A stretch of 64,000 bases of DNA, taken from Octopus sinensis. Taxonomy: Eukaryota. The position numbers and the translations under genes are program-made. Location: positions 39,990,001 through 40,054,000 of the forward strand of contig NC_043010.1 of the NCBI RefSeq assembly GCF_006345805.1. The letters are read 5' to 3'. Of this stretch, positions 54,456 to 64,000 are shown one piece after another (within the stretch, counting starts at the first letter, position 1; each line of letters opens with the position of its first letter). The notes under the pieces are model-generated. The model saw only the letters and a list, made by a program, of their open reading frames with translations. It was not told the origin of the DNA and did not search any database.

Positions 54456-54695
54456 TTATTTCCTTATTGCCAAATAGAGAGGGGACAAACAGGGGGCTAA
54501 ATATAGAGGGGACAAACAAGGACAGACAAACGGATTACATCGACCTCAGTGCGTAACTGGTACTTAATTTATTGACCCCGAAAGAATGAAAGGCAAAGTC
54601 GACCTCGGCGGAATTTGAACTCAGAACGAAGCGGCAGAGGAAATATAGCGAAGCATTTCGCCCGGCGTGCTAACGTTTCTGCCAGCTCGCCGCCT
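54456..54695 (-). mobile_element. SINE family B with CCACAGTTTCT target duplication
   Basis: CCACAGTTTCT lies on both sides; two further CCACAGTTTC copies follow on the right. Confidence 0.9.
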
Positions 54696-54940
54696 CCCAC
54701 AGTTTCTGTGTTCCACAGTTTCGCCGCTACTTCCACAGTTTCTGCCCACTACAAAACTGTGTAATAGGTATCAACCGTTTATGGTTCACACATGTTTTTT
54801 TTTATTGAATTATAATTAGCTTAGGCATAAACTAAAACCACAAATGGAAGGAAGCAACGTGTTGTAAATATTAATACCAAAACCGCAGACAGTTTAAGCA
54901 CTAATGTATTATTTTATTCACTTGATGCGATTGTTTAAGG

Positions 54941-55499
54941 CAGGGGTTCTCGACCCCTTTGATTACTACTTTATTCTGGTGGGCCCCCCAAACCACTCTA
55001 TGTTTAAAAACTAGTAAAAGAAACTTCTTTCATAATTCTAATTCTGATTTTCATACATCAACTTGTTTATGTTGAACTATGTAAAATGTTAGAGAAAGAA
55101 AGACAGCTGTATTTTACATTACATACCAATACATATAGTTAAAGCAAATTCTTTTTCAGGAGCCCTTAATGTACTATAAAACGATAAACGTCGCCCTTTT
55201 TAAGCCTAAACAGGCTCATGGGCCCGGTTTCCCGGTTTTTGTGGTGTATGTGTTCCACCCAGCTGGACGAGACGCCAGTCCATCACAGCGTGTGAGAGAA
55301 AGTTGTGGCGAAAGAGTACAACAAGGCTCAACACAACCCCCTGCCGGAGCATGGTGGAGCTTTTAGGTATTTTCGCTCAATAAACACACACAAAGCCCGG
55401 TCTGGGAATCGAAACCTTGCTGTTAGATTCCCCACAACACACACACACAAAATAATATCGACCATCAAGGGGCATATGAATCCCAGTTGAAAACCACTA
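54941..55499. mobile_element. hAT (Charlie-like) MITE with a nested SINE E (55165-55430, minus)
   Basis: Ends CAGGGGTTCTCGAC and GTTGAAAACCACTA; flanks GTTTAAGG and GTTTAAAC match at 6/8. Confidence 0.7.
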
Positions 55500-55784
55500 G
55501 TTTAAACCATGCATCCTTTATGCAAATTGCTGTATCGTATTTAATACAAAACTCAACAATATTTTCTGTAATAACAATTTCGCTATGACCAGGTGAAAGT
55601 AAAGTAAACAGCAGCTGAAGACATTGTTATGGCAATTGAAACTATAGTCAATATTCTGACAGCATCGTAATTGTATAATGAAAGGCATACGTTTACGACT
55701 TACCAATGCATTTAATTGATTTTAATTAGTTTACAAATACAGTGACAGTTCAAAATCTCTACGTTCATTACATAGTATTCTATA

Positions 55785-56250
55785 CCATATGTATGTATGT
55801 ATTATGTATATATGTTATTATTCAGTTTAATTTCAAGATTTCTTGTCGATATAGAAAAAGCCGGTTTCTAACCTAGATTCAAGTCTCGTTCACTGGAATT
55901 TCAACATCAACAGGGTATTTTTATATGTATGTATGTATTATCTATTCATGTTATTATTCAGTTTTATTTCAAGATTTCTTGCCGATAGAGAAAGAGCCGG
56001 TTTCTAACCTAGATTTGCGGGAATTTCAACATCAACAGGTTATTTTCTTATGTATGTATGTATGCAGATTTCTATGCTTCGTTGTATGTATACCTTCTCA
56101 TGCTTATACTTACATATCGAGACATGCTGATATATGCTAAACTTCTCAAAGTTTTTAAAGATTTTTACAGTTCCAATGATGGATTGGATGTGTAGTATTC
56201 AAATCAGCTTTCTCTTTTCTAGTCTTGATAAGCCTAATTTCTCAAGATTG
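55785..56250 (-). mobile_element. R4/Dong-like RLE non-LTR retrotransposon 3' end with a duplicated terminal unit
   Basis: Minus translation LEKLGLSRLEKRKLI*ILHIQSIIGTVKIFKNFEKF matches the 62.1-kb ORF. A ~120-bp terminal unit occurs twice (55820-55925, 55955-56050), bounded by (TATG)n. Confidence 0.8.
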
Positions 56251-57052
56251 GTATGTATGCATGTATGTATGTATGTATGTATGTATGTATGTATGCATGC
56301 ATGATATGGTCAGGTCCCTTTAAGTCATCTACTTGATGAGGAGAGGACGTATCGTGAAGGGGTACAATATTTAGAGGGAGGAGAAAAGAAGATGATAGAG
56401 AAAGGGCCAGTTAAATAAAAGAATAAGTAAATATATAAATAAATAAATAACTATATCAATAAATACAATGGTATGTTTGGGAAATTATCTCTAATGTTAG
56501 GTCTTGAAAATGAACAGATCTAATTCTCTCCTCGAACGAGATAGATTAAAATTTTGTTTGAAAAACTTCCTGCTTAATATTTTTAGGGACGAAGAGAAGT
56601 CGATCCTGACAGTAAGTAGAATATCATTTCGGTACAAATCGCCACCAATACGAGGGACGAATTTGTGGTGTTTATATAAAAGTTATAGACCCGCTAGGTC
56701 ACAAAGCAGGACTGAAACCTGGTAATGTTGTAATGGACAACATGATAATATAAATACATATGTTCTATAGCTAGAAAGCGCAATATGCAAATTAATTCAC
56801 CCACGGCCGTAAAATCTAAGTGGCACACTGTTCTATTAACACCTAAATTTCTCTTGGCAAAGGCTGGGGAGGAGATTTAATACCCTTTCTCTGAGGATTG
56901 GTAAAGAAGTCCTAAAACTGTTTGTCAAAAGACACTTATCTTCCTGTTTCTCCACATTGAAAGTATAGAAGAAATATGTTTACGTTCTCATGTATTGCTT
57001 ATTACAGCTTACATATTCTCTTATATTCATACATAAAAACTTTATATATATA

Positions 57053-57102
<50 letters not shown>

Positions 57103-57354
57103 AAATAAGCAACAAGGATATCCAAAGTAGAGTAGTACAATTGTTTCATGCTACTTCATTTTAATTAAACACTGTAAGTATTACATAAGATTTGAAATGT
57201 CGAGCAATCTTCAGCCACGTATATTTTTCCAATTAAACGGACAATGCACATTCCTATCCATATTTCATTTTCCAACATTGCAAAGAGGGTACTATATAGA
57301 CAGAGAGGTTAATTTCATTCCTAAGAACGTGATGGTAGCAAGTTCATTCTCCGC

Positions 57355-57397
<43 letters not shown>

Positions 57398-57409
57398 ATA
57401 TATATTATG

Positions 57410-57629
57410 TTTACTACCCACAAGGGGCTAAACACAGAGGGGACAAACAAGGACAGACAAAGGGATTAAGTCGATTCATCGACCCCAGTGCGTAACTGGT
57501 ACTTAATTTATCGACCCCGAAAGGATGAAAGTCAAAGTCGACCTCGGCGGAATTTGAACTCGGAACGTAAGACAGACGAAATACGGCTACGCAGGTCGCC
57601 CGGCGTGCTAACGTTTCTGCCAGCTCGCC

Positions 57630-57630
<1 letters not shown>
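57410..57630 (-). mobile_element. SINE family B in (TA)n
   Basis: Full colinear copy. Confidence 0.93.
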
Positions 57631-57634
<4 letters not shown>

Positions 57635-57675
<41 letters not shown>

Positions 57676-57895
57676 TACATACATTATATATATACATATA
57701 CATATATACATATACATATACATATATACATATACATATACATATATACATATACATATACATATATATATACATATACATATATATATATATACATATA
57801 CATATACATATATATATATATACATATACATATACATATATATATATACATATACATATACATATATATATATACATATACATATACATATATAC

Positions 57896-57930
<35 letters not shown>
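57635..57930. repeat. (TATACA)n/(TA)n microsatellite
   Basis: Direct read. Confidence 0.96.
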
Positions 57931-57932
<2 letters not shown>

Positions 57933-58238
57933 CGTGATCACCGTCCCCAACCAGCCTATCAGATGTTGCTACACATCGCTGGTCACAATGCGCTTCATTT
58001 GTTTTAAGCCTTCAAATGACGTTACACCACTGGCTAAGCGAGCAGTCAACACAAGTAAGAGTGAGAGAAAGTTGTGGCGAAAGAGTACAGCAAGGATTGT
58101 CAGCAGCACCTGCCGGTTCATCGTGGAGCTTTAGTTGTTTTCGCTGAATAAACACTGACACGCCCGGTCTGGGAATCGAAACCGCGATCCTACAACCGCG
58201 AGTCCGCTGACCTAACCACTGGGCCATTGCGCCTCCAC
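57931..58238 (-). mobile_element. SINE family E with an alternative 3' tail
   Basis: Same head and core as 27806 and 55165 (CTCTTTCGCCACAACTTTCTC) but a different distal sequence. Confidence 0.85.
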
Positions 58239-58679
58239 ACACACACGCGCGCACACACACACGCGCGCACACACACACACATATATATATATATACATGA
58301 GATATATGTTGCCTAATATATATATATGTATGTATATATACATAAATATATATACATATATATATATATATACATATATATATGTTATTTTACTATATAT
58401 ATATATGCAGTATATATTATATATACATATACTATATGATGTATACATATATATATATGCATGTATATATACATAAATATATATACATATATATATATAT
58501 ATAGATGTATGATATATACATAAATATATATCCATATATCTATAATATATATGTATGCATATATACATAAATATATATACATATATATATATATTATATG
58601 TAGGCATTTATACATTAAATATATAACATATAAGATATATATATATATATATTATATATATATATATAGATATATATAT

Positions 58680-58715
<36 letters not shown>

Positions 58716-58748
58716 TATACACATACATATATATATATATATATACAT

Positions 58749-58980
58749 GAAGGCGGCGAGCTGGCAGAAACGTTAGCAAACCGGGCGAAATGCGTAGCCG
58801 TATTTCGTCTGCCGCTACGTTCTGAGTTCAAATTCCGCCGAGGTCGACTTTGCCTTTCATCCTTTCGGGGTCGATAAATTAAGTACCAGTTACGCACTGG
58901 GGTCGATATAATCGACTTAATCCGTTTGTCTGCCCTTGTTCTTCCCTCTATGTTTAGCCCCTTGTGGGTAGTAAAGAAAT
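58749..58980 (+). mobile_element. SINE family B, young full-length copy
   Basis: Runs GGCGGCGAGCTGGCAGAAACGTTAGC...GGGTAGTAAAGAAATA. Confidence 0.95.
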
Positions 58981-59009
58981 ATATATATATACATACACAC
59001 ATACATATC

Positions 59010-59200
59010 TACATGTGGCGATTTTCTTTCTCCGTCTTTCCTTCTTTGGACTTTTTCTTTATTTCTGACGAAAAGTTCCGCTCAAAACGTGAAATCCTTT
59101 TCTTTTCTGTGCTTTCCTGAGCGTCCAAAAACACTTTACTTATGCCACGTCCTCGCGTTGTTGTTTTTTCTTGCTTGTTCATGCTTGGATTAACTATGTA
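59010..59200 (+). mobile_element. Family F copy with a decayed hammerhead
   Basis: ATTT-CTGACGA-AAAGTTCCGCTC-AAAACGTG-AAAT at 59061-59095; ends TTGGATTAACTA. Confidence 0.78.
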
Positions 59201-60126
59201 CATATATGCCTGTGCGTGTGTGTGTGTGTGTGTGTGTGTAATTTATGTGTAAGCCTTTGAGTGTATAATTGCATATGTACGTATATACGAATCCATATAC
59301 CAGAATTCTCAATCTTTGCACTTTTCCTTCTTAACACATGACAGATTTATATTAGGTACCCCCAAAAATGTTTGATCTGTCAACTGAAGAAAACTATCGT
59401 TATTCTGAACGTGGCATAGATAACCATATAACATTTCATAAGCCTTAACGATATTTTAATCTTTATGGATGCAACAGCTCTGACCAGTGTAGTCATTAAT
59501 ATATTTTCGTCAATCCTGAATTATCTGTTTGTGTATATTCCATATTTCTACGTAGTAACGCCGAACATATGTGCATACACAACAATGAAAAATTCAGACA
59601 CTAATAATAACAAATCTCTCCGGGAATGTTCAATAAAAATATTCTGCCTTAGTTGTGTCGAAGTAATTGTGTAGAAACCATACAGTTAGCTGTTCATCAA
59701 AGCAGAAAAAAATGACAATAAAGTTATATGGTTAGATTCATATTGGAACTGTATTAGAAAACTGATGTTGCTTTTTCCCATTTGAAACTTAAAAGAAAGC
59801 GTAAAAGGAATATTCAAATAGAGCAGCCAACAGAGATTCGCAAGAGAGGAATTAAGACCTCCCCTATATTATATCATTAGGAAATAGCGTACAAATCATT
59901 GTTATCTGCCTGAATATGTGTTCCATTTTTTTTTTTAATGCAATGGAAATATGCCGATGCATTTAGCAAACTACGTTCTCTCCGACGACACCTCGATATG
60001 TATAAAATCTCTCTCTGTTTTTCTCACTGTTTCTCACCTTCTCTTCATTCATACATATATATGTGTGTGTGTATACATATATAGAAAAATATGTAGTATA
60101 CACAGACACAAATACACACATATCTA

Positions 60127-60157
<31 letters not shown>

Positions 60158-60494
60158 GCATATTGACAAGAAGCTATGTATGTATATATATATAGGTAGT
60201 GAAATTGATAGAGAGTAATCTCATAGAAATAAATATATTAATGTATGCACACACACACATACATACACACACACACGCATATATACATATGAGCGAGAGA
60301 GACAGAGACAGACGAAGAGAGAAAGAGAGAGAGAGAGGAATATATTCGAAATATTCTAGGAAGAAGAGTCTTCATTATATTATGTGAATTTGATGAGGTA
60401 TTTGTAGACAATTATGTTTTGATTTCTACTACCATAACATCTATCTGACCACATCGATAAATATATACACACACACATACAGATATATTATATA

Positions 60495-60549
<55 letters not shown>

Positions 60550-60921
60550 TATATATATATGCATATAGATTGATATATTTACACGTATAATTACATATAT
60601 ATAGTGTGGTGTGCGTGGGCGTGTGCGTATGTGTGTGTGTGCGTGTATATATATTTCAATACCGAGCAAACAAATCACGAGAAAAATATTTCATGAATAA
60701 ATAAAAATTTACGAAGGTACCATTGACTCTGTTATTATCTACTGTAAAAAATTAAAAATGTAAGTAACAGAAAGAATAATAGTAGCGATTGCTGCTGGAA
60801 ATAACCCTGAAAACATTTATTGAAATCACCAAAATACACTGATAAAAACTACAGAAATCAAACGTCCGTAGGCAAACGGGATAAGACAATCCTTCAGCAT
60901 GCATTCAAGTATTTGGACTCA

Positions 60922-60970
60922 CGTGTACCGGTTTCTGGACTGACATAATAGTCTAACCTTCCTCAGCACG
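60922..60970 (-). ncRNA. Minimal type I hammerhead motif with a partly decayed stem II
   Basis: Minus strand reads CGTG-CTGAGGA-AGGTTAGAC-TATTAT-GTCAGTCCA-GAAAC-CG-GTA^CACG; palindromic stem III ACCGGU; stem I 4 bp. Confidence 0.6.
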
Positions 60971-61230
60971 AGTTATGATAGAAATTCCCAACCCGTCGTG
61001 TCGAAGCAAGGAGACATACTTAGTATTTCCTTTGATTAATTTTTCATCCTTCAGGTGTATATAGTTATGGTATATTCTGTAAAGAACATAGTAGAGTACA
61101 GTATAAAGCTCGTCCAAGCTTCAGATTTAACCTCTGATATCCAGTAGTAGTATTATACGTACTTCCAGGTTTGCGTTTGGGCATCTGTTATGTGTGAATA
61201 AGTAACTGAAGAAATTGGAGCCAGGGAATC

Positions 61231-61302
61231 GTCTGGGAATCGAAACCGCGATCCTACAAATGCGAGTCCGCTGCCCTACCCACTGGACCATTGCGCCTCC
61301 AC
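61231..61302 (-). mobile_element. SINE E head only
   Basis: Nearly identical to 58168-58238. Confidence 0.85.
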
Positions 61303-61312
61303 ATATTTTTTT

Positions 61313-61366
<54 letters not shown>

Positions 61367-62025
61367 TTATATATATATGTATATTTATGCGTATACATGT
61401 ATGTGTGTGTGAATGTATATATATGCATACATATACGTATATGTATGTGTCTGTGCCCGCGTGCCCGTGTATACGCGTGTATGTGTCCGAGCGTTTAATC
61501 TTAAAGTGCAGTAAGGAAAATTGCATGTGTAAGCAACCACGAATAACAAATCATTAGTACAAAGAAATAAAATACCAATCACTTTAAAATGGTAACCACT
61601 TGAACAGTACGAGAACCACCATCCCACTACATCTACACATCCAAAGCAGTCTGCCAACGCTCCTTCAGCAACAAAACATCCTGATAAACGAATTGACTCG
61701 TTCTAAATTCAGGCCATGAAAGAAAGAATGGATGTTCTGAAAGCTGAAGATTTTAAGCTTACGGAGACAATATTTACGTATCGCATGAGGGAAAACAACT
61801 ACATGTCATACTACAGCGAACCAGTTGCATAAAAAATAAATGTCCAGCCGAGCTCTCTCTTTTTGGATCCTACTTCTTCAATTATATATATAAAAACTGA
61901 TATCATGCATAATTTCCGGTGTCCTCATCCCATTAGTTTACATAGTATAGGGAATGAAGCCCTTAAGTGTATATAACAGATGCATTCACATACACACACA
62001 AACATTCATATGTACACACATTCAA

Positions 62026-62125
62026 NNNNNNNNNNNNNNNNNNNNNNNNNNNNNNNNNNNNNNNNNNNNNNNNNNNNNNNNNNNNNNNNNNNNNNNNNNN
62101 NNNNNNNNNNNNNNNNNNNNNNNNN
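62026..62125. other. Assembly gap (100 N)
   Basis: Direct read. Confidence 1.
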
Positions 62126-62620
62126 TTACCATAAAGCAGAAGATCAATGAAAAAGAGAATACTTACACTGAGCTATTGAGAAATCTACAGTTACTCTATC
62201 CAGATTACAGATACAGATTTATACCTGTAATTATTGGAGCCCTAGGATATGTAACATACTGCCTAAGTACCAACCCTGAGAAATTTGGTTTCTCAAAACC
62301 AGAAAGGAGAAAGCTAATTCGAAGACTACAGATCCAGTCCATCACTGGAACTGTAAAAATCTTAAAATTTCCAGAGGTTTAGCGTTGAAATATATATGAG
62401 CATGTCTAGATATGCAACTATAAGCATGATAATACTTAAAGCAAAACATACAAATCTGCGCAGATACATACATACATACATACGAACATACATATATATA
62501 CATATACATACATACATACAGACAAAGCAAAATACCCTTGGATCTAGGTTAGAAACCGGCTCTTAATCTATTGGCAAGAGACCTTAAAATAAAACTGAAC
62601 AATGGCATACATACATACAT
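62126..62620 (+). mobile_element. R4/Dong-like RLE non-LTR retrotransposon 3' end (5' part lost in the gap)
   Basis: KQKINEKENTYTELLRNLQLLYPDYRYRFIPVIIGALGYV...LIRRLQIQSITGTVKI resembles the C-terminal restriction-like endonuclease region. The 3' UTR is homologous to 55.8-56.1 kb and ends in (CATA)n. Confidence 0.8.
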
Positions 62621-62634
62621 ACATGCATACGGTC

Positions 62635-62815
62635 TGACAGTAAATTCCATTTGTATCTTTCCACAGGTGCATTAGGTCATATACAAGCAATTTTACAAAG
62701 ACCTGAAAATAGTGGGTTTCTCGAAGAAAGTGCAAAAGAAACAGGTGTAGATTTTTCAAATCTAATCCAGGAGCGACGCAATGAAGACTAGTAAAAAATT
62801 TCGAAAATTCTTCAT
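62635..62815 (+). pseudogene. Older, decayed copy of the same RLE C-terminus
   Basis: Frameshifted GALGHI...KIVGFSKK...FQI*S...AMKTSKKFRKF, starting directly after (CATA)n. Confidence 0.5.
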
Positions 62816-64000
62816 CTAGCAGTCCTCAGAGGAATATATGCGCACAGTTCGGTGTGTGCATCGACAGCTCAACAATCAAACCAACTCTACCACAAACTTA
62901 CTATCACCGAGGTTTCTTCTAACTCAGAAATCTTGTCGCTTTGTTAAAGACCGTCTTGATTTCTCTCTTAAGAAGAACATACATATAATATGTGAACAGA
63001 TACAATGCAGAGTGTTTTGTTGCTACGTGTTGAAATATCATTTGAACGTTAGAGTACCTTATTTAATTCTCTGATATGCATTCAACGTAACGGAACTGAC
63101 CGATAATTTCGCTGAGATCCCCGTGCGAATCATGGTATGTGTTACTGCGTATTGGAAGAAATTAAATTATTGGATATCTATTCAATGGCAATGATTTATG
63201 TTTTAAAAGGTCTGATCACTATTCCCACGTCTTTCTCACGTCGTACGTCATTGAGGCGAGGGATCCACGAAGCTCGGATTTTGGTGAAAGCTTATTTCAT
63301 TGAATCACAGAAAGTAGTGTCTTCTACAATAATATTATTTTCTTTATATTCTACTATGATCCGGTGGCAAGTATAACGGTGAAGGTAAGAGCTAAAAATC
63401 TATAATTTGAGAAAATAGACACTAAGCTGGTAATTAATTGAATTTTGAAAGCGTTTATACAATTGAAATTTAAGATTTTATATTTTATACGTCTAATATT
63501 GTTTCTGTTACTTCATTTGTAGACGATGTTTTCGTTTTATATTAATGCAACTCATGTTCAATGACATAAAAACATCCACAGACACAAACAAAGACACATA
63601 TACACACATCCACACTGACACCCGCGAAGATACACATAGACAGACACACACACACTTATATGCCACGCACAGACTCGTATATATGTGTTATTATTCGATT
63701 CAAGTGGATGCTACATTTTTCAATGGTGTCAGTTAAAGCATATAAATAAAATGAAATAAAACAGAGACTAGCAGAAAAATATGTCTTCGTCCAATAAACA
63801 AGAGCTGTTCAACAAGAATTTAATATTTTTCAACATTTACGCGCAGAAATGACCACATGACTAAGAACCTCGCGTGGCAACAACGTGGTTTCGTGTCCAG
63901 TTCCACCCTGCGACAATTTGGATATATGTCTTCTAATAAAGCCTCTGGTCGACCAATGCCTTTCTGATTAAATTTGGTCGACGGTAACTTTGTGGATGCC

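Noticed and set aside
62675-62795. Strong acceptor TTTCCACAG| followed by an open frame GALGHIQAILQ...
   Set aside because: Better explained as a decayed copy of the adjacent RLE retrotransposon C-terminus.

Overview
AT-rich, microsatellite-dense animal DNA with no recognisable host gene. The repeat families resemble those of octopus genomes; this is inference from family recognition, not a search. About half the window is tRNA-derived SINEs, Tc1/mariner and hAT fossils or MITEs, LINE fragments (CR1-like, Tx1-like, R4/Dong-like), Penelope-like relics and long (TA)n, (CA)n, (GATA)n and (AAT)n tracts. Most ORFs in the supplied track are microsatellite artefacts. The main signal is RNA-level. 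A ~455-bp monomer is present as a head-to-tail array at 23128-24090 and carries a complete type I hammerhead ribozyme motif on the minus strand: intact in unit 2, one core A short in unit 1. A diverged subfamily of it forms a fold-back at 32170-32772, and its hammerhead shows compensatory base-pair changes. This fits a non-LTR retrozyme-like (circular-RNA-producing) element. At least four other repeat families also carry minimal, Penelope-type hammerhead motifs. Other structural oddities are a probable ~0.9-kb inversion between two (TA)n tracts, multimeric SINEs with recurrent junctions, a SINE/LINE pair sharing a 3' tail, and a GC-rich ORF1-like insert. Ribozyme activity is inferred from motif and pairing only.
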